Source: Mytilus californianus (taxonomy: Eukaryota). From it: a stretch of DNA of 64,000 bases. The notes under the pieces were generated by a model. It was not told the DNA's origin. It did not search any database and was given only the letters and a program-made list of their open reading frames with translations. The DNA is taken from the NCBI RefSeq assembly GCF_021869535.1, contig NW_026262723.1, positions 80,414,001-80,478,000 of the forward strand, given 5' to 3'. Each line of letters opens with the position of its first letter. Positions within the stretch are counted from its first letter, which is position 1. Of this stretch, positions 13,384 to 25,039 are shown piece after piece. A program made the translations under genes and the position numbers.

Positions 13384-13538
13384 TTATCAGCTAACAAGAA
13401 CACCATCAGACACCACGGATGACCTTGTCCTATATGGAGCATTACAATTCCCGCAAAAACGATATATATAAACGCAGACCTGATCACATAATAGTAGGAA
13501 TATCTGGAGACAAACGTTGTTACTGTGATTATAACAAG
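13384..13538 (-). CDS. MFSD13A: MFSD13A/TMEM180-like copy B, coding exon 2
   Basis: ttccag acceptor, GTAAGA donor, 155 nt. Reads LVIITVTTFVSRYSYYYVIRSAFIYIVFAGIVMLHIGQGHPWCLMVFLLAD. Confidence 0.9.
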
Positions 13539-13826
13539 CTGGAAAAGAAAGTCACGTCTGAAATACAGCTCCTTAATTCTTTTAAATCATTGATTGATTG
13601 ATTAATTGATTGGTTGATTGATCGATTGATTTAAATATATTCTTTCTTTTATAGGAAAATTTATTAAAAAAAAACCTGAGCAGTTAAACAATATACACAC
13701 ACTGAGCTATGGTACCATATCGGTGAAATATAACCTTTGTCTTTTAAAATTACAGATACCTAACCCATTATTATATTGTAAATTCAATTCCCGTAACATT
13801 AAGGAATAAACAAATTAAAAACCTAC

Positions 13827-14693
13827 AGTCGACATTAATGAAACTCCACCATAAAACAACTTTCGAACACTTAATGGAACATCATCTTCTGAGATCAACT
13901 GGTCACAAACAATTGCAATGAAGCTGTTTAGAAACGTTTTGTGGAATGCATGACAAAAATTTGATATGATGAATGCTATGAAATTCCTGTCATAAAAAAG
14001 CTGACCTACTTGATTCTTGTAAGGTTCCTTTTTAACATTTACACGCGAGTTCTTTGCAAGTTCGTATTTTTCTATTTTTTTAACATCATATTTCGTATGA
14101 GCATTAAGTCCCGAGTAGTAAAATAAACTGCAGGCACAAACTGCAACACACACAGATGTTATCTGAAAGGCTTTAAAATTGTGCAAACTGTCTGAGGTAA
14201 ATTCTAGTAACATAACGCTTGGACCACCAAGTATACTAGCCATTTGTGCATATCGAGTCAACTTTATTCTATCTTCTGTATCTCGAGAAATCTCTGTGAA
14301 TAATGAAGATACCGCTAATCCTATGAATGTAAACAGTGTATCCCAAAGAAAAAAAGTCATAATTAAATGAAGACCAACAAGCCATGAACTTTCTCCCCAT
14401 GGAATCCAAGGCACAATAAATGAGAAGGCAAACAGAGGACCACAATACAGTATGCTTTCCCGTCTTGTTCTTGATATTTTAAGCTTTGACCCATCTTGTA
14501 TGTAAGCGAACAACGGATTACTGACAGACGTCCAGACCATATGAAAGGTTTGAGCTATCTGAAACCAAGTTTCTTCAATGTGATAGTGGTTTATAAAAAC
14601 TTTGACATAATAGAAGTTGAATGCAGATGCAATCATGTGAAAAGCAACGCCAGCTGCACAATAAGCCAATATCTCCTGCTTCCTTAAAACCAT
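13827..14693 (-). CDS. MFSD13A: MFSD13A/TMEM180-like copy B, coding exon 1
   Basis: ATG at 14693 (MVLRKQ aligns with copy A MTVNKQ). Donor ACT|GTAGGT. Acceptor upstream at 14749 implies a 5' non-coding exon. Confidence 0.9.
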
Positions 14694-15199
14694 GATCCAT
14701 AGTCTAGATACTGTGTGTTTCAAAGTGTAGTTTCTTTTTCACAGTAGTCTGAAAATTAAAAAAAAAAAAAATTCTATAAACAATTATCATTCTTTTATTA
14801 CAATATATGTGGATGCCTTTCACACATCTTGTTAAAGGATTGTTAATCATTAAGCTCATGGACACAAAAGATTAATACATCAACATCACCTTTATATTGA
14901 AAAATTGTTCAAAATGATCTCACTTTGATACTAATAAGGTGAACCTGCAAGAAAGTTCAGATGATATTACATACTTTAAAACACAAAATAGAACTCTATA
15001 AATTTTGTGTGTCCTAAGCGCTTTACCTTCACCAGAAACGCTTAACCCAAACACTTGAAACCCAAGGATGTATAACCAAATGGAAACTAAAATGTATTAT
15101 GGTCCACTAAGCATGTGGAATTTGGAACCTTAATTTCTTAATAATTTCTGAATTCACCAACCGAGACATTAAAAAAGGTTTTTTAAATCATGCAAGTAT

Positions 15200-15300
15200 C
15201 GAAGCACTGACTACTGAGCTGATGATACCCTCGGGGACTAGCAGTCCATCAACGGTGGTACCAACCATTCAACGTTGGCATGGACCCAGTAAACATTCGA
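15200..15300 (-). repeat. Retrozyme-family fragment (5' part of the unit seen at 2060-2165)
   Basis: gcactgactactgagctgatgataccctcggggact...gacccagt matches gtgctgactactgggctggtgatatcccc...gacccagtgg at 2100-2155. Confidence 0.6.
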
Positions 15301-16085
15301 AGAGAAACTGACAACACCATGGCAAAAAATAACGAAAAACAACGAAAAGACAACCAAGTCTAGAAAACACTACCGTGAAAACTAAAGACAAAACAACATC
15401 ACTAAAATATAGGCGTGATCTCAGGTGCTCCGGAAGGGTAAGCATATCCTGCTCGACTGGTATTATCCATCATGTTGCTCGTGGTAAGTCAGTGACAAAT
15501 TCAGCCGGAAAAGTATCATTCGACGATGTCACAATCGAGGAAAAGAGGACAGGATTGTGATAACGACAATTGACACACTATCAGTGGTGATCTGTGACAG
15601 ATATTTTCGCCATACAGGTCAACGAGCTTGTGCTGTTGCCGGTAAAACTTTAGAAGGGATGACTTCAACCTTAATACTTCGAACTCTATGTTCAATACCT
15701 TCCTTGTAAGTAGCAACCCTCTATGAATGATCATGATACTAAATGCAAGCTTTGGAATATGGTATCAACTGGGATGTATTATATATATAATATATATATT
15801 ATTATGTTATTTTCATGTCAAATGTTCATATCCTTCTGGGTCCTGAATGAAAATAAAATATTCTTCTTTTTTATATATACCCCTATGCAGGCGCCGCTGG
15901 AATGTTGCTACGTAGAAATGGAACCATCACAATTGGGAAACTGAAATCATCCCTTTTGTCGTAAAGTTTTGTATTAAACCGACCCTCATTGTGAATTTCT
16001 ACATACATGTATAAGTCAAGATAAGAAAGTGGGAAAAGGCGAATTATATATTCAGCGTACATGTACGTACGTTTGCATATTTCAT
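15300..16085 (-). mobile_element. Penelope-like element remnant (RT C-terminal part plus 3' region)
   Basis: YLDL...GRFNTKLYDKRDDFSFPIV..FLRSNIPAAPA is characteristic of PLE RT. 15300-15720 is homologous to 63630-64000. Confidence 0.8.
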
Positions 16086-16107
16086 AACGGAGACAATTGT
16101 CACTATG

Positions 16108-16500
16108 CAGTGATTTTCCAACCCTCATTTGGGGTCCGAATTTGGGCCCCAATCCCAAAGAGAAATATGCTCTTTTTTCCCAATTTTCAGCTCTAAAATT
16201 CCCAACTGTATATCGTCACGAGATTTTGTTGGTGTCGTATCGTGGTTTTTTGTTTACAAATCTCTTGAATCTTGTTTGCAATTCATGCAGTTATTCCTTC
16301 TCAGAATTCAGGATTTTGCACCTAATTTTTCAAAATTTTCTTGGGAGGTATGTCCCAAACCCCCTAGCAAGTTGCACACACGGTACCCTCCGTATAAACG
16401 GACTAATGTATTTCAGTCCCCAAAGCCAACATTTCACGAACTTTAATTCCCAATTGCATGGGCCATGGGCCCCTTCCCCTAAGCACTAGGAAAATCACTG
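16108..16500. mobile_element. MITE with 12-bp TIRs
   Basis: cagtgattttcc at 16108 and ggaaaatcactg ending 16500. No clear TSD. Confidence 0.7.
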
Positions 16501-17084
16501 TGTAACTGGACGTAAATTAAACATAAATCAACCAATCATCATGAATGGAGACAACTCTTAACTCTACTCAGTACTCATAGCTACGGCTATAAACAATTTT
16601 AACTGATTGAAGAAAAAAACAACCATTGGCAAAAGAACGTGTTAGATAAAACAATTAACAAATATTAAAGGAACATATTGCATATTTCAATAGTTCAGTC
16701 TCCATCAGTAGACATCTTTAGAGAACAGCTCACTTCTGATTATAATACTAAACCTCTTGTACATAATTAACACCTAAATTTGTTCATCTGTACAACCACA
16801 CAATTTGTACAAAATAGCATTTAATTTTCTGTATTTTTGTTTTATTTTCAAGTTTTATTTTTTTCGAAATAGGCCACAAACGCAACAGTAATTAATCGTC
16901 AGCCTGCTTTATGGTATAATGTATGTTTAAAGAAGAAAGAAGTGGGGGCGAACGGGCCTAGGGCGAACTATTTCGATACCGATATCAGGTTTTTCGTTCG
17001 CTGGGTGGAAGTTCTAAAAGAGGAAACACATATGTTGGTTAATGAGCAATGGTAAAAAATTAATATAAAAAATAAAATACTTAC

Positions 17085-17337
17085 AATAAAGTTACTATGT
17101 GCATCAGCAAACGATTACTTCAGTCTTCGCAGATGTTTGCTGTTATGCTTATTCTCTTATTAATCGATATATCCTTTCAAGTCAGCCAGTCGATTTATGT
17201 AACAAAATAAAAATCCGGATTATTTGACCGGAAGCTTGTATAAATGGTTTTGGCCGTTACTTTTTTTTTTTACTTCGGAGCTCTTCGGACTTATCCAGTT
17301 TATCAAGGACAATTCTGGAGAAAGTTAAAATGTGACA
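17085..17337. promoter_or_regulatory. Putative bidirectional promoter / 5' UTR exons shared by MFSD13A copy B (-) and XYLT (+)
   Basis: Minus-strand GTAAGT donor at 17084-17079 that could join the acceptor at 14749. ETS-type CCGGAAG at 17228-17234. XYLT ATG at 17338. Inference; no transcript data. Confidence 0.5.
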
Positions 17338-17472
17338 ATGAAAAATGTTTCATCTAAAAAAATATGCAAAAGATACAAATTCATATTGTTGGGAGTTCTC
17401 ATTATACTTTGTATACAACTATCCTTATTATCCTTCAGTCCCAACACAAATTCAACGGAATCTGATCCTTCA
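17338..17472 (+). CDS. XYLT: Xylosyltransferase (XYLT/oxt) exon 1/11, type II signal anchor
   Basis: MKNVSSKKICKRYKFILLGVLIILCIQLSLLSFSPNTNSTESDPS|GTAAGT, phase 0, compatible with exon 2. The 11-exon model sums to 2628 nt (875 aa plus stop). Confidence 0.8.
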
Positions 17473-18347
17473 GTAAGTCAACTTTGAAAAGTCTTTATTG
17501 CAAAAACAAATAATTTGTTAAATAAATACTTTCATAACTGCTTACTACAAATTTATACTTGGCTGGTTTAGTCACGTAGAGAATCATATTCATACGATTT
17601 TTAAGCACCAACCCCTGGTGTCTCTTCCAGTTGAGCAATCAAATGAATGGTCATATCTATCTGTATGTATTTAATACCTCTTGTTGCTTGCTTTGACCTG
17701 GGACTATTATACTAACGGGACTGGAAACTGATCGATCTGTTGAGAATTCATTGCCCCAAAAGCGGATTATTGATTTTTTTTGTTTTGATTGACAGCTTAT
17801 CGTGTCACGTAGTAAATTAGCATCCGGTACATGAATGTAAACAATAGAATTAGGCAAAAAAGTCAGCATATATATAATACTGTTAAAATTGGTGGATTTG
17901 AAATAAAAAAATAATTATTAATTTAATTAGTTTAAATGCAAAAAATATATATTGTTTACGAAAAATTATTAATAAGTAGTCAATATATTAGTGTTGAAAA
18001 TAAACCAGATGTAGTCGAAATGCCAGCGCTTTACTTGACCGCTAAGAAAAACAACATGTCAAAGGTTAACAGATCATAATGAATCCTGATAAAAACAATA
18101 AGAGTGCAATAAAAACAATGTTTACAATTTCAGTTCATAATTAATTCATATAACAAAAGTTACCCGGGTCTCATAAAGATATAGCAACATTGTTTTGAAC
18201 TTTTGTGAACTTCGTGTTTACACCAAAATTTCAATATGGCTATGAACGGGCCTACTTTTCTAGTTCTAATTATGGAACCTATAGTGTACATATTTTCACG
18301 AAGTCATATGCTAATGCCACCAGAAGACCATTACTGAGCAAAATTAA

Positions 18348-19849
18348 CCCTGATTATAATAAAAATATTGTACACATAAAAAGGAGTAGGTAATTTTATA
18401 GGAACAGTATAATTTATTTGAGCCGCGCATGTGGGTTCCAGTTGTAATGAGAAAGAGATTTATATTCCACTTTTTATTTTAAAAAGTGACAATAAAAAAA
18501 GGCAAATCCAAACTATAACCTATAAATATGATTTTACAACAAACAGAACTTGCGTATCTCTTTTCAATCAACAGTTATAAGAAATTTTATGAATCATATA
18601 CTTTTTTCCACATCGTCCCCACGCTATTTTCATCCTGAAAATTTCAATCTGAATGTGTCATTTTTTACACTTAAGACGGGATTTGGTGATTAATAACAAC
18701 TGTCAAAGATCGAGATAACTTTTATCATTATAGTAATCATGTTTATATTAAGGATTATCATTTCGAATAACTATAAAATAAAAAAACAAATTACGGAAAT
18801 TATAAGATCAAGGCACGCTGTCACTGTCAAAACAATATGGCATATCGATAAATAGCGCAGGTAAAGTCTCGTTCTAACGACCGTGATGTTGATATTATTA
18901 CACTGATTGGTGTAACGGTTTCCAGTCCCGTTAGTATAATAGTCCCAGCTTTGACACCAGGACTGAGGAGATTAGTATGGACCCTAAGCACTGTCCCCTG
19001 GTGTGTTCTCCACCCAAGCAACCTTTCTTCTTCTCTGGATCTTTACACCCTTTATAAGGTAACCATACTTTTGTTCCACCACCAAAAATATACAAAATAA
19101 TGACCCACAATTTTTGTCTCCCCTTGGGTTGCACTGTCGCAAACATCCTTTTTGCAGAGAACATTTAAAATCATCTTATATTAATTTTTACATTACCACA
19201 CCAGTATTATACATAATTTGTACACCAATCTCAGTTATTTTTATGTCCCAGCCATGGTAGAGGGGGTATTAAATGTTACCCCTGTCTCCCATAATTAGTT
19301 TCTATTCTCTAACTTTACTCTTTAGTTTGCCTCAACCAAATGTAATGAAACTTATAACACAATGTTTATTTCCACAATTTTTTTTTTAACACAAATCAAG
19401 TGCGAATTTGGTTGCGTTACTTTTACCGTTCTTGAGTTATGTCCCTTTATAATGTTATATGCAAGCGGGACCATCATCTGTGTCCAATTCACACATTTAC
19501 CATTTATCTATAAATGAGTTACACCGTTGTTTACCCGAGGTCAGTCGGCTTAAAGGACCTCATCGAACAATTAATTCTTACTGTGACGTATTAACACAAG
19601 CATTGTGACATAGGCAATTTACGGGAAACTGCACTTATCCAAAAGTCGTCTATTCTTGTACTATATTGATTGTATACATTGTAACAAAATTATGATTGCA
19701 TCTTTGTCATTGCTTCCTGAGGAACCGTAACTGAAATAAACAAGTCAGGAAACTGAAAATAAATTATATGCACTAAAATTATAAAAAGGTCCTGTGTATC
19801 TGTAGTTTAAACTAATATAGCTCGATCTGGCTGCTTTGGTTTAATCAGG
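18348..19849 (-). mobile_element. Possible highly degraded piggyBac-like relic
   Basis: TTAA|CCCTGATTA at left and TAATCAGG|TTAT at right. Internal KLWV...VWLPYKG and LLSPGVKAGTI loosely resemble piggyBac transposase motifs. Confidence 0.3.
19239..19500 (+). mobile_element. Short HINE-like element, family D (second, truncated copy at 24058-24212)
   Basis: tttttatgtcccagcc start and gggacca near the 3' end. Sequence shared with 24058-24212 (ctctaactttagtttgcctcaaccaaatg). Confidence 0.6.
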
Positions 19850-20611
19850 TTATAAAAAATATCTCTGTTTTCAATTTTTAAATGAAATTTAGAGTTACAA
19901 TCTATTAAATGGAATATCTATGACTCAACCTCCTGCTGTTCCTGTTAGTGTTATACATTGTTGTTGAGGGTTTGGTGCAAGCTCCCCCATCAACATTTTC
20001 CATCAACAACAACAACAAGGTTCAAAACAAGGTGGTTTTTATTACATGTATGCTTTCAAGTCTATTAATTCAGAAACTGAAATTTCATGTGAAAAGTGTT
20101 TTAGGGAGGCAATTTCTTTACAACCCTCTTAGACTAACGTAGCCAAATCATGTTAAATAAGCTAAAACTGTAGATACATGTATACTGAATCTTATAAAAA
20201 CCAGCAGGATAAACTTGCTTTATTCTTATTAGCATGCTACTGTTTAGTACAGTGTGATGCATTTTCACATCCATTGCTCATGAACTATATTCTTGTATCT
20301 TCTTAACATAATGACCATGACATTTGGTATTGTGCTTCATGTTAGCCAGCTATTTATTGTCTGATGCATTTTTGTCGAGCCTGCAAAATATATTTCGCGA
20401 AACCGAGACATAGCAATCCTAGATTCCAACGTCGGCATCGTGAACATTTAGGTTCAGTCTGTGGTGAAAGTTTTTTTAGACATCAATAACTTTGTCAAAT
20501 CTACATGGAATTTAATGAAATTTGGACAGAAGCTTGTTTATGACCAAAATATAGTATACAGAGAAAAATATTTATTTCCATTTTCCGTATTTTACTGATA
20601 AATGGACTTAG

Positions 20612-21624
20612 TTTTTTGTCTCGCCTTGACAGAGTCAAAAAGTGAGACATAGGTATGTTGTTTCTGGCGGCGGCAGCGGCGTCAACAATGTGTTAGTTTG
20701 TGATTAGGTCTAGTTTATGGTGAACCACTTGTGGTAGGTCAATGATATTTGGTATGCAGTTATATTACCATTGGCACATCTCATTTCCATGGAGATTATT
20801 TGGTCCTGCCCCCTCAGTCATGGTCTACTGACTTTGAAACTTTTGCTGAGTTTACATGTATAAGTTTGTGATTTGGTCAGTTTATGGGGAACCACTAGTG
20901 GTAGGTCAATAATATTTGGTATGCAGTTGTATAAGCATTGGCATATCTCATTTCCATGGAGATTATTTGGCTCAGGGGCCCGGCTCCGCCCCCTCAGTCA
21001 TGGTCTATTACATTTGAAACTTTTGCTTAGTTTACATGTATTAGTTTGTGATTAGGTCAGTTCAAGGGGAACCATTAGTGGTAGGCCAATGTTAATTGGT
21101 ATGCAGTTGTATAAGCATTAGCACATCTCATTTCCATGGAGAATATTTGGCCCCGCATCCTCAGTCATGGTCTATAGACTTTGAAACTTTTGCTTAGTTT
21201 ACCTTGTATTAGTTTGTGATAAGATCAGGTTAGGATGAACCGCTAAAGTTAAGTCAATGACATTTGGAAGCAAATTTATTGGCATTTGCAAGTCTCGTTT
21301 CCATGGAGATTATATAGCCCCACCCCCTCATCATGGTTCAATGACTTTTACATTGTTTACAAGTTAATGTTTTGTTTTTAGGTTTGTTTAAAGGGAACGA
21401 CTTATAAATGATAAGTCAATGGTATTTGGTATGCAGTTGTATTAGCATTGGCACATCTCATTTCCATGGAGATTGTTTAGCCATGTACCTTCAGTCATGG
21501 TTCATTGACTTTGAATATTTGCATAACTTACATGTTAAAGTATTGCTATTTTAATTTCAACATTTGCATTATCATGATTATCAAAATTACAAAAAGGCAA
21601 GACATATCTCTGTGTTAACAGTTT
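20612..21624 (+). mobile_element. HINE-like element family A copy 2 (nested in family B)
   Basis: Inverted copy of 9518-10515, visibly ~90% identical. Inserted in a T-run of the host repeat. Confidence 0.8.
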
Positions 21625-22186
21625 ATTTTACAGTTAACGTTCAGATTTAGTCTGAGGTAAAAGTTTATTTAGACATCAATATCTTTGTCAAACCTACATG
21701 GAATTTTAAGAAATTTGGACAGAAGCTTGTTTATGACCAAAATATAGTATCCAGAGCAAAATTTTGAAAATATTTATTTTCATTTTTCCATATTTTACAG
21801 TTTACTAATAGATGGACTAAGTATTTTTTACAGTTAGCATTCATATTTAGTCTAAGGTTAAAGTTTTCAGTCATCCATAACTTTGTCAAACCTTCATGGA
21901 AATTTGAAATTTGGACAGAAGCTTGTTTATGACCAAAATACAGTATCCAGAGCACAATTTCGAAAATATTTATTTTCATTTTTCCCTATTTTACTAATAA
22001 ATGCATGGACTTAGTTTTTTTATACAGTTAACAAGTAGATACAGTCTGGGATTAAAGTTTGTTACACATCAATTACTTAGTAAAACCTTTATGGAGTTTC
22101 ATGAATCTTTGGCAGAAGCTTTTTAATGATGAACATGATGAAGAGATAATGTCTGAAGCAAACCTTTGAAAATACATTTTATTTCA

Positions 22187-22698
22187 TTTTTATACGCCCG
22201 TTAACGGGACGTATTATGGTATACTGTTGTCCATCCGTCCATCTGTCTGTCCATCGTCAACGTGTCGGACAATAACTCAAAAACGCTTTAACCAATTTGC
22301 ATAAAACTGGTGAATTGTTTATATCTATTAAAAAAGTTTTTTTTCAGTTTTCTGACAATAACTCAAAAATACTTTGAGCAGTTTTCATGAAACTGGTGAA
22401 TTGTTTATACACAATGTATCTATTGATGTGAGCTCCCTTTCGATTTTTATAAATTTTAGATTTTACATTTCAGGGTTATGGGGTTTTATTCATTAAAAAG
22501 GGGGGATTTTCCAGTTTTCCAGCAATAACTCAAAAGTGCTTTGAGCAGTTTTCATGAAACTTTGGTGACTGGTTTATATCTATTAAAATAACCTCCCTTA
22601 ACTTTTTTTATAAATTTCTGAAATGTGATTGAGGAGTTATGGAATTTTATTCTTTGAAAAAGCGACAGGCGTGTCATGCTCTCATGGCGCAGCTCTTT
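22187..22698 (+). mobile_element. HINE-like element family C (nested in family B)
   Basis: tttttatacgcccgt 5' subTIR, (GTCC)n-like tract, internal repeats, 3' acaggcgtgtc plus short palindrome, T flanks. Confidence 0.7.
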
Positions 22699-23419
22699 AT
22701 TAGTATTTTTCTGATAGATGGAATTTTTACAGTTGTCATTTACAGACAGTCTGGGATTAAAATTTTTTTGACATGATAAATTTGTACACCTTCATGGATT
22801 GTTAAGAAACTTGGACAGAAGCTAATCTTCAAGGCCAAGAAAGAGCATCTAAAGAAAAAGTTTGAATATTTTTTAAAATTCTGTATTTACTGATAAATGG
22901 AATATCTTTTTAAGTCAACATTACACTTTGACACTAACAGCAGCAATGGCAGGTGAGACACAGGGTTCTGCGGAACCCTTTAATTTTTTTTTACATAAAA
23001 TGTACATAAAAGTATATACATTTTGTGTACGTACAGTTGGAAAACAACCATTGAGAAGGTTCCTGACTCACAACAGATGTTGAAGGGTTAAACTAGTTTT
23101 TTGAGAACTCATCCCTCTCCATTTTACTTTCAGTTAGTGGACTAACAAAATAAATGTAAAAGAAGTTCTATGAAAATAAGTACAGGGAAACCACACGAGT
23201 AAAAACAAATATGGTATAATAGATAACATCAACAGAAGTACTGTAAAAAACTAGCAATATTACAACACATCATGTCATCAAAGAAAATCCAGAGTTACAG
23301 AAAACAAACTCTAATTATGACATACTTCAGTGACTGTACTTAATTATTTCATACAGAAATGCCATAAACAGTACAGGAAGACACTATTTTGTGCATCATC
23401 AAGTTTTTGTCTTTTTCAG

Positions 23420-23675
23420 TCTCTTCTGTCCATAAATAAGCCAACAGACAGAAACAAAACAAACGGACCAGATCCACCATTACAGATTCATGATTCTACT
23501 GACAAAAAGTCTTTCCAGTTTCAACCAAAGTGCCATATAACTGTGAAGGATTCTTTATCTGCTATAAGCCGTGCCAAAACTGAACATTGTAAACAGCAAA
23601 TTGCAGATGTTACTTGTTTGTCATTAGAAGAAAAACTTTTCCCAAAGAATATACCAAATTATTGTCCTTTCAAAG
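23420..23675 (+). CDS. XYLT: XYLT exon 2/11 (stem with Cys motif)
   Basis: ttttcag acceptor. PKCHITVKDSLSAISRAKTEHCKQQIADVTC...NYCP is the conserved XYLT stem. Donor G|GTAAAG. Confidence 0.88.
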
Positions 23676-24212
23676 GTAAAGAGTTAATCTTGTTTCCCTT
23701 TTGAATTAAATGTGGACTGCAGATGATATTAAGATGAATCTTAATTATGTGTGGTTAGTACATGTAAATTGAAATGTTTTACCATGTTTGATGAAAAATA
23801 AGACACTAAAAATGAATTAAATTAGTACTAGTGCACAATCCATTGTGGGAACTAATATAGCAAAGACATACCATGTATTAATGCAATGATTGTATACAAT
23901 TGCATGTAGCATTGAATCCTGAAAAGTCAAGATAGCTAAATATTTTATCAAAATGGGGTATGCTCAGCCTTTTTAAATATGAATTCAACATTTAAACTAT
24001 CTAGACTCAAAAAAGTATTGAAATGCTGAAGCCAAGAAGATGTGTAGTGGTATTAAATTTTTATGTCCCAGCCGCAGCAGGGGGCATTAATCTTACCCTT
24101 GTCCCTCTTTACATGCATCTGTACATCCTGAATTGGTTTCCGTTCTCTAACTTTAGTTTGCCTCAACCAAATGTTATGAAACTTATACACAATGCTTATT
24201 ACCACAAAACAT

Positions 24213-25039
24213 TAGGGATGTCAACGAGTACTCGAGTACTCGAGTATCGCTCGGTAGTACCCAGTATCGAATACCAAAATGATACTCGACTAATCGATCT
24301 CCTGTAAGAATGTTGTTGCTTTCTTAAGCTTAAACAAAAAAATATTTTTATTGAGAGCGCATCCCGGGAAATTAAATATTAATCCAAATTAATAAAAAAT
24401 TAATATACGATTCAAATGTTTGCGTTTAACTGTCATTTTAAATTCTCCCAAACAGAGGTAGGCTTTGAACAAGAGCACTTTTCCAAATCTTACATCTTTA
24501 GCTAATCTGAGTCATTCCCCCACCTCTATACCGTCAGAGCATATATGTTTATCACCAGGACTGTTAGTTACCTTAACAAAGTCGAGAAATTGCCTCGTCC
24601 CAGAAAAAGTTGTCAAAATGATACTTTTAGATACGAACAAATTAAATGCACCCTGTGTCGACCCTCAGAAAATGATTAAAGGCATCAGTAAGTTCTAATT
24701 ATTACCCCTTTGTTAATTATTAAATGTGTTTTTTTACGGTTCCCAAATACTGTAATTTTCTACAGATATTAATTAATTACGTGATTAGATTATTGCTAGT
24801 TTACATAATTCGTATGTAGTAAATGAGCTGTTAATTATGGTATAAAATTCCTTGGACTATTATCTAGTCCTAGGTAATTATGTTCAGGGTTTTACGTTCA
24901 TAAGACAACGATCCACAATACATAAAATAGGCATAATTTTGTTTATTTTGTAAATATTTTACCGAGTGAGTACTCGAGTATCGCTCAGTAAATCCAACGA
25001 GTACTCGATTAGTAAATCTTCACCGAGTTGACATCCCTA
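24213..25039 (+). mobile_element. hAT internal-deletion derivative retaining a C-terminal dimerisation-domain remnant
   Basis: 13-bp TIR tagggatgtcaac/gttgacatcccta, perfect 8-bp TSD caaaacat (24205-24212, 25040-25047), subterminal gagtactcga repeats. FPNLTSLA...PTSIPSEH...KSRNCLVPEKV resembles the hAT dimerisation domain. Confidence 0.9.

Larger units (their letters stand above)
20369..22982 (+). mobile_element. HINE-like element family B, host of two nested insertions
   Basis: 5' ttttgtcgagcc, 3' ggtgagac plus gggttc-tgcg-gaaccc hairpin. Internal repeats (gaaatttggacagaagcttgtttatgacc) continue across the inserts. Confidence 0.7.

Noticed and set aside
23330-23419. 5' part of the 124-aa ORF as XYLT N-terminus
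   Set aside because: Non-ATG start, with a strong acceptor at 23419. The signal anchor is encoded at 17338-17472.
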